Source: an uncultured Gemmatimonadales bacterium (lineage in GTDB: Bacteria > Gemmatimonadota > Gemmatimonadetes > Gemmatimonadales > GWC2-71-9). Taken from it: 64,000 bases of DNA. The DNA is taken from assembly GCA_963828735.1 (NCBI GenBank), contig CAWHFW010000005.1, positions 96,001-160,000 of the forward strand, given 5' to 3'. Under the pieces are notes generated by a model. It was not told the DNA's origin, made no database searches, and was given only the letters and a program-made list of their open reading frames with translations. Of the stretch, positions 48,335 through 57,289 are shown one piece after another. The translations under genes were made by a program, and so were the position numbers. Numbering within the stretch: the first letter of the stretch is position 1; each line of letters begins with the position of its first letter.

Positions 48335-48754
48335 TCAACCGACTACGCGCAACTCCACCAGACTCCAACCGGTCGGCGTCTTCCGGTAGCCCAACAGGAG
48401 CCCCTGCACCCGAATCTCCTGCGTGCCGGCGATGCGATAGCTCCGCTGCAGCTCGACGTACCCCCGACCGGGCTCCGTTTCCCGCGCCGCCCGCACGACG
48501 GTTTCGACCTCCTGGGCCGACGAGAAGAAATCCGACAGCAGGGCCGCCGCCTGTTCCGGGCCGAGGGCGGCCGACGGGTCGGCCCCCGGAAGCTGGACGA
48601 GGAGACGGGGGCTGTCCGCTACCAAGGCGGCCGCGTTGTGGGCGAACCAGGCGCGTCGCGCCTGCTCGGCCGCCGCGTCCAGCCCGACGTCGGCCACCTG
48701 GGCGCTGGCCGTGAACGGGACGAGGAGGGCGATGACCGTCAGGAGCCGATACAC
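48335..48754 (-). CDS. Hypothetical secreted protein (possibly NTF2-like fold)
   Basis: GTG 48754 with GGAGGAGG upstream; signal peptide ending ASA-Q; C-terminal G-W-x-L-x-E-L strand; fold assignment is a guess. Confidence 0.6.
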   Translation of the reverse strand: MYRLLTVIALLVPFTASAQVADVGLDAAAEQARRAWFAHNAAALVADSPRLLVQLPGADPSAALGPEQAAALLSDFFSSAQEVETVVRAARETEPGRGYVELQRSYRIAGTQEIRVQGLLLGYRKTPTGWSLVELRVVG

Positions 48755-49431
48755 TGGGCCTCCTCCTGAAACCCTCGAAATGCCGCGGACGGATCTCCCG
48801 CCTGGAGGATCGGGCGGCCTACCACGAGGTGGGTGGCCCCGGCGGCGACCGCGTCGCCTGCAGTCGCTACCCGGACCTGGTCGCCCCGCGCGTCGCGGGC
48901 TCCCCGGATCCCGGGAACCACGATGAGCGCCTCCGGTCCGACGGAGCGACGTACCATGGCCACCTCGTGCGGCGAGCAGACCACCCCGGCCAGGCCGGCA
49001 CGCACTGCTTCCCCACTCTGCCGCTCGACCTCGCGGGCGAGATCCACTTCGCGCCGCCCGACGGCGCGCGCGTACGCGGCAGGGTCGTGCGACGTGAGGA
49101 CCGTCACGCCAACCAGGCTCAGGCGCCCGCCGGCGGCGACCGCGGCCGCTTCCATCATCGCGGCGCCGCCGAGGGTGTGGACCGTGGCCATCGAGACCCC
49201 GAGGCCCCGGGCCGCCGACACCGCCTCCGCGACGGTGTTCGGAATGTCGTGCCATTTGAGGTCGAGGAACACCCGCAGCCCACGATCGGTCAGCACGCGA
49301 ACGAGGTCGGGGCCCTCACGGGTCATCAGGATCGATCCGACCTTGACCCAGCGCGCCTCCGGCAATCGGTCGAGGAGACGGATAGCCTCCGAGCCGCTCG
49401 GTAGATCCAGCGCGACGATCACTTCAGCCAT
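48739..49431 (-). CDS. pyrF: Orotidine-5'-phosphate decarboxylase
   Basis: IVALD, KVG, FLDLKWHDIPNTV, VTVLTS, VPGIR, DQ.RV, VVGRPI. Confidence 0.95.
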   Translation of the reverse strand: MAEVIVALDLPSGSEAIRLLDRLPEARWVKVGSILMTREGPDLVRVLTDRGLRVFLDLKWHDIPNTVAEAVSAARGLGVSMATVHTLGGAAMMEAAAVAAGGRLSLVGVTVLTSHDPAAYARAVGRREVDLAREVERQSGEAVRAGLAGVVCSPHEVAMVRRSVGPEALIVVPGIRGARDARGDQVRVATAGDAVAAGATHLVVGRPILQAGDPSAAFRGFQEEAQCIGS

Positions 49432-50308
49432 GCCCACGCTCCAGCTCCCGAATGATTCGTTCCGGCAGTCTTGGATCGGCGAGGGCGGCCGTGCCCACCC
49501 CCACCAGCGACGCCCCGACCCGAAGGTACTGCCGCACATCGTCCGCCGAGCGGACACCGCCGACCCCGATCACGGGCATCCCCTCCGTCCGTTCCACCAC
49601 CCTGGCCACCGCGAGAACTCCGATCGGCAGCAGGACCGGGCCACTCACCCCGCCGTTGCCGTTCCCAAGTCGGGACGCGGTGCCCTCCTCCGCAAAGAGG
49701 AGGCCGGGCACGGTATTCACGACGGAGATCGCATCGGCCCCGGCATCGCGAGCAACCAGGGCCATGGCCGGGATGTCGGGCAGGACAGGAGAGAGCTTGG
49801 CGGAAATGGCCAGCCGGGTGCGTGTCCGGCACGAGGCGACGATCCGGCGCACGCACTCGGGATCGGCCCCGAATTCGATCCCGCCCGCGCTCGTATTCGG
49901 GCAAGACAAATTGAGCTCGTAGCCCGCGATCCCGGCGACTCCGTCGAGTCCGGCCACGACCTCGGCGTACTCCTCGACCGTGAAGCCTACGACGTTGACG
50001 AGGACCTGGACGCGGCTCACGTGACGCGCGAGCCATGGGAGCAGCTCCGCGCGCACCCGCTCCAGCCCGGGGTTGGCCAGGCCGACCGAGTTGAGCATGC
50101 CGCCCCGAAACTCCGCCACGCGAGGGGGAGCGTTCCCCGCTCGCGGCGCCAGCGAGACGGCCTTGGTCACGAGCCCGCCGAGCCGATCCAGGTCCATGAC
50201 GCCGGCGAGCTCGCGGCCGAAGCCGGCCGTGCCGGCCGCGAGGACGAGCGGATTCTGAAAGTGACGACCGAGGATGGTTCGGGAGAGATCGCGCGAGGCG
50301 ACGGTCAC
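49424..50308 (-). CDS. pyrD: Dihydroorotate dehydrogenase (family 1B catalytic subunit)
   Basis: GN..PR, MLNSVGLANPG, ELNLSCPN, KLSP, NT, GG.SG, IGVGGV. Confidence 0.92.
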   Translation of the reverse strand: MTVASRDLSRTILGRHFQNPLVLAAGTAGFGRELAGVMDLDRLGGLVTKAVSLAPRAGNAPPRVAEFRGGMLNSVGLANPGLERVRAELLPWLARHVSRVQVLVNVVGFTVEEYAEVVAGLDGVAGIAGYELNLSCPNTSAGGIEFGADPECVRRIVASCRTRTRLAISAKLSPVLPDIPAMALVARDAGADAISVVNTVPGLLFAEEGTASRLGNGNGGVSGPVLLPIGVLAVARVVERTEGMPVIGVGGVRSADDVRQYLRVGASLVGVGTAALADPRLPERIIRELERGHG

Positions 50309-51789
50309 GGCTCGAGGCCGTGACGCGGCGGCGGCGGGGTGCCTCCAGGCGATTCGACGCCGCGCCGCGGCTGCTGCCCGTTCGCCGGCGTAGGGACCCG
50401 CGCTCCGGGCGACGGGCGTGCCCGGACATCCGCCCCACCCCGACGCGGCACGATCACGGGCTGGGCCGCCGCGAAGGCTTCGAGCGAATCCTCGAGCACC
50501 CGGTAGGCCGGCGAGTCCTCGCCGCGAACCAGCGCCAGGTAGGGACTATCGCGATATAGGCTGTCGAGACGAAGGCGCGTTCCATCCGGATCCGACGGGT
50601 CGAGCAGCTCGGCCGCCAGGAGCGCCTTGGGCGCGTAGGGCGACGCGGGCCATTCGTCGCCAAGGCGGCGGAAAAGCGTCGCCGAGAGCGCGCGGGCGTG
50701 GAGCGTATCCCGCGCGGCCTCGGCGCCGAGAAAGAGACGAAGGTCTCCGAGCGGCACCTCCGGCACAGCCGAGTCGTTCAGCTGGCGGAGCTGCGCCACC
50801 ATCGCCGCCAGCGCGGACGCTTCCAGCCCCGCGTTGGTGGGATGCGCGGCCAGGGCCACAAGGGAATCCCCGACCGGCGCAAGCTCCTCGAGGCTGCGCG
50901 CCCCGCTCAGCGAGGTACGCAGCAGGCGGAGCCGCGCGCGATCGCTGCCGTCGGTTGATCCCGGAATCCGCGCCGCCTGCTGCAGGCGGGCCAGTGCCGC
51001 CGCAGAATCCACCCCTATCAGACGCACGCCATCGTCGTACAACCGACGCGCCCGCAGCTCGGCCGGCGTGTGGGGATCGCCGTCAAGGCGGGTCACGATC
51101 GCGGACGCGGCCCGCGGATCCCGCCCTCCGATCGTCGCGACGACGCTGTCCCACACGAAGCTGGAATCGTTGCGCGCGAGCATCGAGTCGGCGAACGCGA
51201 GCGCCTCGTCCGTCCGACCGCTTGCCGCGAGCGAGACCAGCAGGTCCTCTCGTGCGCGCGCATCGGGGTTCTCGCGCAGAAGGGTCAGTGCCTCCTCGTA
51301 TGCGCCCGTCATCCGCAGGGCGCGGGCGTGGCGAAGGCGCGCCTCATGGCGGCGGGCCGAATCCGCGCTGTTGAGCACGCGCGCGAATGCGAGATCGGCG
51401 AGCGCGGGGTCCCCGAGCTGCAGCTGGCAGCGGCCGAGTGCCATGGCGGACTCTTCCGCGAGATCGGTGGGCAGGTCCGCCATGCTCAGTCGGCCGAGCG
51501 AACCGACCGCTTCCTGGCACTGGTTGAGCCGCGCGAGCGCGAGCCCGCGCAGGACCGTCGCCTGATCGGCGTACTTGCTGGTGGGATGCCGAAGCACCAG
51601 CGAGTCTGCCCGGGTGATGACCTGACCCCACAGGCTCTGCGCCTCGAACTGCCGCCCGTCGCGCTCGGCCTTCCGGGCCGATTTGGCGAGACGGTTCGTG
51701 TTGTACATCCCGTTGTAGTAGACGCAGCCGCCGAGCAGCAGGACGCCCGCGATGAGCGAGAGGCGCGCGGCGCGACCGGGGCGGCTCAC
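50305..51789 (-). CDS. TPR-like lipoprotein
   Basis: Lipobox LGGC followed by VYYNGMYN; helical repeats (HPTSKYAD.A, WPASPYAPKAL). Confidence 0.7.
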   Translation of the reverse strand: MSRPGRAARLSLIAGVLLLGGCVYYNGMYNTNRLAKSARKAERDGRQFEAQSLWGQVITRADSLVLRHPTSKYADQATVLRGLALARLNQCQEAVGSLGRLSMADLPTDLAEESAMALGRCQLQLGDPALADLAFARVLNSADSARRHEARLRHARALRMTGAYEEALTLLRENPDARAREDLLVSLAASGRTDEALAFADSMLARNDSSFVWDSVVATIGGRDPRAASAIVTRLDGDPHTPAELRARRLYDDGVRLIGVDSAAALARLQQAARIPGSTDGSDRARLRLLRTSLSGARSLEELAPVGDSLVALAAHPTNAGLEASALAAMVAQLRQLNDSAVPEVPLGDLRLFLGAEAARDTLHARALSATLFRRLGDEWPASPYAPKALLAAELLDPSDPDGTRLRLDSLYRDSPYLALVRGEDSPAYRVLEDSLEAFAAAQPVIVPRRGGADVRARPSPGARVPTPANGQQPRRGVESPGGTPPPPRHGLEP

Positions 51790-52994
51790 CGCGCGGCCCC
51801 CGAGTCGGGCGACGTGCCGGTCTTCCGCTCGTACTCGAGCAGATATTCGACGATAGCGTCGGCGATCGAGGAAGCCATGGCCTTCTGGCTGCTCCGGGCG
51901 GTGAGAAACTGGCCGTCCTGCGGATTCGTGCTGTAGCCGAGCTCGACCAGGATGGCTGGGCGGCGCGCGGTGGTGAGCACCATGAAGCCCGCCTGTTTGA
52001 CGCCGCGGCTCTCGCCGGTGTGCACAGTCGCGAGGTCGCGCTGGACCAGCTCGGCCAGCCGGGCCGACTCGCGCAGGTGCTCGTTCAGCTGCAGGTCCTT
52101 GAGGATAAAGTCGAGGCCGCCCACGGTGCCGGCGGTGCCCTGGTCGGTCTCGAAGCGGACCGCGTCATTTTCCATCTGCGCGACGCGCGCCGCGTCCTCG
52201 GTCCGCGCCTCGGCCAGGAAGAAGGTCTCGAATCCGCGGACGTCGGTATAGCCCCGTCGCCGGGCCAGCGAGTTGATGTGGAGGCTCACGAAGAGATCGC
52301 ACGCCTCGGTACAGAATCCGCCGCGGTCGCCGAGCGCGATGAGCGTGTCGGTGGTGCGCGTCATCCGGACGCCGATCCCCCGCCGCTTGAGCTCGTCCCG
52401 CAGCCGAAGGCCCACCTGCAGGGTGACATCCTTTTCCCGGACCCCGCGCGGAAAGAAGGTGCCCGGATTGCCGGGATCCACGCCGCCGTGGCCGGGATCG
52501 ACGGCGACGACGTGACCCGGCCGGAGCCCGTTGGGCAGGCGCGCCGCGCCACCGGCCGCCCGACCCGCCAGCGTCGTCGTCCGACGGCGAAGCTCCTCGA
52601 GTCGCGCGCGTCGGCCGTCCCAGCGGTACTGGTCCGCCAGGTAGTACGGAAGGATCTCGGCCAGGAACTGATACGGGAGGAAGAGCGAGTCGCCCGAGAG
52701 GGATGCCGCGCCGGCGAGAGGCCTGAGCTGACTGCTGAACTGGAACAGGGGCGCCCCGAGGAGGAACCGGAACGGCTGTCGAGCAACCACCACGTCGGCC
52801 CACCCGGAATCGACGTGCAGCTCCCCGCCGAGTGCCGTGAGCAGCGGCGCGGCCGGAACGACGGGCGACCCGGCCGGGTCGAGCCGGACCGGGATCCGGG
52901 CCTCACCGTGGAGCGTGGCCACGGTGACTTCCTGCGGGAGCGCCCCGCGCGGCCCGCCGATCAGCACGCCCGCCAGAACGAGCGCTGCGATCAC
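51786..52994 (-). CDS. N-acetylmuramoyl-L-alanine amidase (Amidase_3)
   Basis: [39 protein letters not shown]. Confidence 0.92.
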   Translation of the reverse strand: MIAALVLAGVLIGGPRGALPQEVTVATLHGEARIPVRLDPAGSPVVPAAPLLTALGGELHVDSGWADVVVARQPFRFLLGAPLFQFSSQLRPLAGAASLSGDSLFLPYQFLAEILPYYLADQYRWDGRRARLEELRRRTTTLAGRAAGGAARLPNGLRPGHVVAVDPGHGGVDPGNPGTFFPRGVREKDVTLQVGLRLRDELKRRGIGVRMTRTTDTLIALGDRGGFCTEACDLFVSLHINSLARRRGYTDVRGFETFFLAEARTEDAARVAQMENDAVRFETDQGTAGTVGGLDFILKDLQLNEHLRESARLAELVQRDLATVHTGESRGVKQAGFMVLTTARRPAILVELGYSTNPQDGQFLTARSSQKAMASSIADAIVEYLLEYERKTGTSPDSGAAR

Positions 52995-53476
52995 CGGCGT
53001 CCTCGGACGGAGACGGCGCGGGCCGTCTCGCGCTCGATCGCGCGCCGCTTGAGGTCCTCGCGTTTGTCGTACTGCTTCTTGCCGCGACCCAACGCCAGCG
53101 CCACCTTGGCGCGTCCGTTCCGGAAGTAGAGCTCCAGGGGCACCAGGGTCAGCCCCTTCTGCTCGACCGAGCCGATCAGCTTCTCGATCTCTTTTCGGTG
53201 GAGGAGCAGCTTTCGTGTCCGGACGGGGTCATGGTTGTAGCGGTTGCCTTGCTCGTAGGGCGTGATGTTCATACCGTCGAGGAAGACCTCGCCGTTTCGG
53301 AGCCTGGCATACGCCTCCTTGATGGAGGCCTTTCCGCTCCGGAGCGACTTGACCTCGGTGCCAGTCAACACGATGCCGCATTCCCAGGTCTCGAGAATGT
53401 GGTAGTCGTGAGTCGCCTTGGGATTGCGGGCGACGCTCTGTTTACGCTCGGCTGGCGGGGAAGAATCGCGGGTCAC
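52991..53476 (-). CDS. smpB: SsrA-binding protein
   Basis: [36 protein letters not shown]; probable GTG start at 53476. Confidence 0.96.
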   Translation of the reverse strand: MTRDSSPPAERKQSVARNPKATHDYHILETWECGIVLTGTEVKSLRSGKASIKEAYARLRNGEVFLDGMNITPYEQGNRYNHDPVRTRKLLLHRKEIEKLIGSVEQKGLTLVPLELYFRNGRAKVALALGRGKKQYDKREDLKRRAIERETARAVSVRGRR

Positions 53477-53494
53477 GTCGTCATTCCTAAGCAA

Positions 53495-53523
53495 ATGATA
53501 GGCCACCACTTCGGGGGGGTCAA
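53495..53523 (-). promoter_or_regulatory. Sigma70-type promoter of smpB
   Basis: TTGACC-N17-TATCAT on the minus strand. Confidence 0.7.
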
Positions 53524-53637
53524 CCCGACGACAATCCGGGCTGTCGACGTGGCCGTGCCGGTCGACGTGGGGCCGCGAGAGCATGTTCGCTCGGGAGACG
53601 GGCGGGAGACCTCGGCAGGACAACGGGCCTGCGGGCG

Positions 53638-53666
53638 TTGATTCCACCCTCCCGGCGCGCTAGCTT
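53638..53666 (+). promoter_or_regulatory. Sigma70-type promoter of tRNA-Leu
   Basis: TTGATT-N17-TAGCTT, 9 nt before the tRNA. Confidence 0.6.
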
Positions 53667-53675
53667 TGCGCCCTC

Positions 53676-53759
53676 GCCGAAGTGGTGGAACTGGTAGACG
53701 CGCTGCGTTCAGGGCGCAGTGGGCGCAAGCCCGTGCGGGTTCGAGTCCCGCCTTCGGCA
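53676..53759 (+). tRNA. tRNA-Leu (anticodon CAG)
   Basis: Acceptor stem GCCGAAG/CTTCGGC+A, D-loop TGGTAGAC, anticodon arm CTGCG-TTCAGGG-CGCAG, long variable arm, GTTCGAGTC; CCA not encoded (followed by CTA). Confidence 0.96.
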
Positions 53760-53829
53760 CTACTCGCCTACGGCAGTACTCTTCGGCACGGCTCAAGGAC
53801 AGTCCGCCGTTGGACGGTCGGAACATACG

Positions 53830-53862
53830 AACGGGCGGAGAGGAAATCCCTCTCCGCCCGTT
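53830..53862. terminator. Strong hairpin between the convergent tRNA and moeZ-like gene
   Basis: AACGGGCGGAGAGG-AAATC-CCTCTCCGCCCGTT perfect 14-bp stem. Confidence 0.7.
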
Positions 53863-53921
53863 GCAGTTCACCCCTTTTGTCAGCGCCCGGAGAACCACCC
53901 CCTACGAACTCCGATCGCGGC

Positions 53922-55355
53922 TCAATACCGTACCATTCCCGGTTCCACCCGCTCCGCCCACGCGTCGATTCCTCCAGCCAGACTGCGAACCTTGCCGAAC
54001 CCCGCACCCTTGAGGATCTCGAGCGCCTTGAGGCTTCGCGCGCCGTGATGGCACTGGGTAACGATCTCCGCGTGGCCGTCGAGCTCGTTGAGACGGTCGG
54101 GCAGCTGGCTCAGCGGGATGAGCCTGGCGCCCTCGATGTGGACGATCTCCCACTCGTGGGGCTCGCGCACGTCCACGAGAATTAGCGCGTCGCCCTTGGC
54201 CTCGCGTTCGCGCCGGAATTCGTCCACGTCGATCTCGAGCCCCTCGTAATCGGGTTCCGCCCCGATGCCGCAGAAGGCCTGGTAATCGATCAGCTCGTGG
54301 ATCGTCGGGCGGTCCCCGCAGATCGGGCAGCTCGGGTCCTTCCGCAGCTTGAGCTCGCGGAACCGCAGCTTGAGCGCATCGAACAGCACGAGGCGGCCGA
54401 CGAGCGAGTCTCCCGCGCCGATGATCCACTTGATCGTCTCGAGGGCCTGGAGGCTGCCGATGATCCCGGGCAGGACGCCGAGGACACCGCCCTCGGCGCA
54501 GCTCGGCACCAGTCCCGGAGGCGGCGGCTCGGAGTAGAGGCATCGATAGCACGGCCCTTCCTTGGCGTAGAACACCGACGCCTGGCCCTCGAAGCGGAAA
54601 ATGCTGCCGTAGACGTTCGGCTTGCCGAGCAGCACGCAGGCATCGTTCACGAGGTAGCGGGTCGGGAAATTGTCCGTGCCATCGACGACGATGTCGTACT
54701 CCCTGATGATGTCGAGCGCGTTCTCCGAGGTGAGCCGCGCCTCGTGGCCGATGACATTGACGTTGGGGTTGAGATCGGTGAGTCTCGCCTTGGCCGATTC
54801 GAGCTTGGAATGGCCGAGGGTGCCGGTCCCGTGGACGATCTGGCGCTGGAGGTTGGTGAGATCGACCACGTCGAAGTCCACGATCCCGATGGTCCCTACG
54901 CCCGCCGCCGCCAGGTAGAGCGACAGCGGCGAGCCCAGCCCGCCGGCGCCGATCGTGAGGACCCGCGCGGCCTTGAGCTTCCGCTGCCCATCGACGCCCA
55001 CCTCGGGCAGGAGCAGGTGCCGTGAATACCGCAACACCTCCGCGTGGCTCAGCTTGGGAAGCGCGGTCTCGGTGGCGGGACTTCCGCCCGCGATGCTGGG
55101 CACGATCGTGAGCACGTCTCCCGAGGCCACCCGCGTGGCGACGGACTCGAGCTGCCGAATGTCCGTGTCGTTGAGGTAGAGATTCACGAAGGTGCGGAGG
55201 CGCCCATCGTCCTGGACGAGGTGGCGCTTGAGCCCCGTGTGCGCGGCGAGCAGTTCGTCGAGCACTTCGCCGACGGTGGCCCCGGAAACGTCGACCGCAT
55301 CGCGGCCGCCGGTGAAGTTGCGGAGCGGGGTCGGAATGGCAACGGTCACGGACAT
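53922..55355 (-). CDS. Fusion of ubiquitin-like sulfur carrier (MoaD/CysO), MoeB/E1 adenylyltransferase and rhodanese (MoeZ-like)
   Basis: VAIPTPLR.FTGG...VN.YLN..DIR...IVPSIAGG; then RYSRHLLLPEVG..GQ, GAGGLG, NLQRQ, CYRC, PSCAEGG, CPIC; then DVREP.EW and CHHGARS; ATG at 55355. Confidence 0.92.
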   Translation of the reverse strand: MSVTVAIPTPLRNFTGGRDAVDVSGATVGEVLDELLAAHTGLKRHLVQDDGRLRTFVNLYLNDTDIRQLESVATRVASGDVLTIVPSIAGGSPATETALPKLSHAEVLRYSRHLLLPEVGVDGQRKLKAARVLTIGAGGLGSPLSLYLAAAGVGTIGIVDFDVVDLTNLQRQIVHGTGTLGHSKLESAKARLTDLNPNVNVIGHEARLTSENALDIIREYDIVVDGTDNFPTRYLVNDACVLLGKPNVYGSIFRFEGQASVFYAKEGPCYRCLYSEPPPPGLVPSCAEGGVLGVLPGIIGSLQALETIKWIIGAGDSLVGRLVLFDALKLRFRELKLRKDPSCPICGDRPTIHELIDYQAFCGIGAEPDYEGLEIDVDEFRREREAKGDALILVDVREPHEWEIVHIEGARLIPLSQLPDRLNELDGHAEIVTQCHHGARSLKALEILKGAGFGKVRSLAGGIDAWAERVEPGMVRY

Positions 55356-55357
55356 CG

Positions 55358-55786
55358 TCACACCTCGCTGAAAACGTCGAGCGGTTCGGGCAGCATGTGA
55401 GGGCGGTCGTCGTCGAGCACCCAGCTCGCCAGGTCGCGGCCGTGTCCCCGGTCGATCCGCACGATCACATAACTGTACCACGGCCACGCGTGGTCCGCAT
55501 CGAATGCCGACGGCGCGGCCGGGTGGTCGGGGTGGGAATGGTAGTACCCGACGATCTCGAGGCCGAGCGAGCGCGTCTCGAGCTCGAGGCGGCGGAGGTC
55601 GTCGGGGGCGATGAGATACCGGTGCGGGTCATCCGTCCGCCGGTTCACGGCCGGCACGACACGAACCACGTCCTTCGCCCCGCCGTCCACCCTCCCCACG
55701 AGGGCGCCACAGCATTCCGCAGGATAGGCCGCCTCCCCGTGACGCCGGATCTCGTCCGCGAGCGTGCCGGGCAATCGGAGGCTCAC
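55358..55786 (-). CDS. JAB/Mov34 metallopeptidase (Mec-like)
   Basis: YP.ECCG.L.G, YHSHPDHPA.PS.FD; GTG 55786 overlaps the upstream stop. Confidence 0.92.
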   Translation of the reverse strand: MSLRLPGTLADEIRRHGEAAYPAECCGALVGRVDGGAKDVVRVVPAVNRRTDDPHRYLIAPDDLRRLELETRSLGLEIVGYYHSHPDHPAAPSAFDADHAWPWYSYVIVRIDRGHGRDLASWVLDDDRPHMLPEPLDVFSEV

Positions 55787-56709
55787 GGTCCCATCCAGCG
55801 ATGCGGCTCGCTCAGGTAGCGGGCCCCGGTATCGCAGCCGACAGCGACCACACACGCGTCCGGATTCTTCCGCGCGAGGTCGATCGCCACCGAGACGGCA
55901 GCGCCCGCGGACCATCCGACCAAAAGTCCCGTGGCCCGGGCAAGCCACCGGGCGCTCCCGTCGGCCACCTCCGTCGGGACCTCGGCTACGAGGTCGGGAA
56001 CCCGCGGATCGTACAGCGCCGGCGGCTCCGTCGTCGTGGCGAGATGCTTGAGCCCCTCGAGACCGTGGTACGGCGAGTCAGGCTGGACGCCGACGAGGGT
56101 GACCGACGGATTGCGCTCCTTGAGGTAACCACCGGTGCCCATCATGGTGCCGGTGGTGCCCATCGCGGCCACGAAGTGCGTGATCCGGCCATTGGTTTGC
56201 GACCAGAGCTCGGGTCCGGTCGACTCCCGATGCGCCCGCGGGTTCGCCGGGTTGCTGTACTGGTCGGCGTAGAAGTATCGGTCCGGGTCGGCCGCCACCA
56301 TCTCGCGCGCGCGTCGCACCGCCCCCTCGGTGCCTTCCATCCGGTCGGTGGTCACGACCTCGGCCCCGTATACCTCGAGTAACGCCCGACGTTCGGGGCT
56401 CGCATTGGCGGGCAGGCATATGGTCACGCCGACGCCGGCCGACGCACCGAGCATCGCGTAGGCGATCCCGGTGTTGCCGCTCGACGCATCGAGCAGGCGG
56501 CGCCCCGGCAGGAGTCCTCGCCGCAGACCATCACGGAGGATCGCTCGCGCGGCGCGATCCTTCACGCTGCCGCCGGGGTTGAGCCATTCCGCCTTGAGCC
56601 AGAAGTGCCCGCCACCGTCCGGCAGCGACACCGGCAGGAGCGGTGTATTGCCCACGGCCTGCCAGAGTGCCGGCTCTCCGATCCCGACGCGCTCCTCGAC
56701 TGCAATCAT
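55783..56709 (-). CDS. cysM: PLP-dependent cysteine synthase (CysM-like)
   Basis: VGNTPL, K.EW.NPGGSVKDRAA, SSGNTG, QYSNPAN, GTTGT.MG, D.G.RYLS. Confidence 0.88.
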   Translation of the reverse strand: MIAVEERVGIGEPALWQAVGNTPLLPVSLPDGGGHFWLKAEWLNPGGSVKDRAARAILRDGLRRGLLPGRRLLDASSGNTGIAYAMLGASAGVGVTICLPANASPERRALLEVYGAEVVTTDRMEGTEGAVRRAREMVAADPDRYFYADQYSNPANPRAHRESTGPELWSQTNGRITHFVAAMGTTGTMMGTGGYLKERNPSVTLVGVQPDSPYHGLEGLKHLATTTEPPALYDPRVPDLVAEVPTEVADGSARWLARATGLLVGWSAGAAVSVAIDLARKNPDACVVAVGCDTGARYLSEPHRWMGP

Positions 56710-56720
56710 CCCGTGTCTCC

Positions 56721-56752
56721 AAATGAAAAAACCCGACCGGAGGGGTCGGGTT
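56721..56752 (-). terminator. Intrinsic terminator between the Rrf2 gene and cysM
   Basis: Minus strand AACCCGACC-CCTCC-GGTCGGGTT-TTTTCATTT directly before the GGAG of cysM. Confidence 0.7.
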
Positions 56753-56776
56753 CCAAGCGACGACCAGAGGGCGACG

Positions 56777-57235
56777 CTAGCTCGCGGACGAGATCCCGAC
56801 CAACTCCACGACTTGCGGCTCCTGCTTCATCAGATCGGCGAGGGAAATGCTCGCCAGCAGCTCGTCTACGCGCTGCTGCAACGCGTGCCAGACGGGCCGG
56901 ATGCTGCAGGTGGAGTCGGGGCTACATCGCGCCGCGTCCACGGGATGGGTCTCGCAGTTCACCTCGAACGTCTGGTGCTCGGAGGCCGTCATGACGTCCC
57001 GCACCGAGATGGTGGTGGGTTCCTTCGCGAGCAGGTAGCCGCCCTTCGCGCCCCGCACGCTTTCCACCAGGCCGGCGCGTCGGAGACGCAGGAGGATCTG
57101 CTCGACATAGTCGGCGGGGAGCCGTTCGGCGTCGGCGAGCTCGCGCGCGGCCACGGGGCCGCCGCCGGTCCGGCTGCGGCGGGCCAGATGGATGGAGATG
57201 ATCAGGCTGTACTCGGTCCAGGTGGTGACCCGCAT
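56777..57235 (-). CDS. Rrf2 family regulator (IscR/CymR-like, three Cys)
   Basis: YVEQIL..LRRAGLVESVRGAKGGY.LA, C..C..C..W; ATG at 57235. Confidence 0.92.
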   Translation of the reverse strand: MRVTTWTEYSLIISIHLARRSRTGGGPVAARELADAERLPADYVEQILLRLRRAGLVESVRGAKGGYLLAKEPTTISVRDVMTASEHQTFEVNCETHPVDAARCSPDSTCSIRPVWHALQQRVDELLASISLADLMKQEPQVVELVGISSAS

Positions 57236-57242
57236 GGAACTG

Positions 57243-57271
57243 AATATGCGCGGCCGGAGGTTGGGATTCAA
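57243..57271 (-). promoter_or_regulatory. Sigma70-type promoter of the Rrf2 gene (leaderless geometry)
   Basis: TTGAAT-N17-CATATT, 7 nt before ATG. Confidence 0.6.
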
Positions 57272-57289
57272 TGGCCGCGCGGCGTCGCC

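Noticed and set aside
53477..53675. tmRNA or other ncRNA next to smpB
   Set aside because: Too short, lacks tRNA-like ends, and is explained by two divergent promoters
53752..53789. CTTCGGCAC repeated just after the tRNA 3' end as a possible att site
   Set aside because: Only 9 bp, about 20 nt apart, and no integrase or cargo nearby
53922..55786. Ubl/E1/JAB genes as an antiphage ubiquitination or CBASS-type system
   Set aside because: No E2 or cyclase; the rhodanese domain and adjacent cysteine synthase point to sulfur transfer
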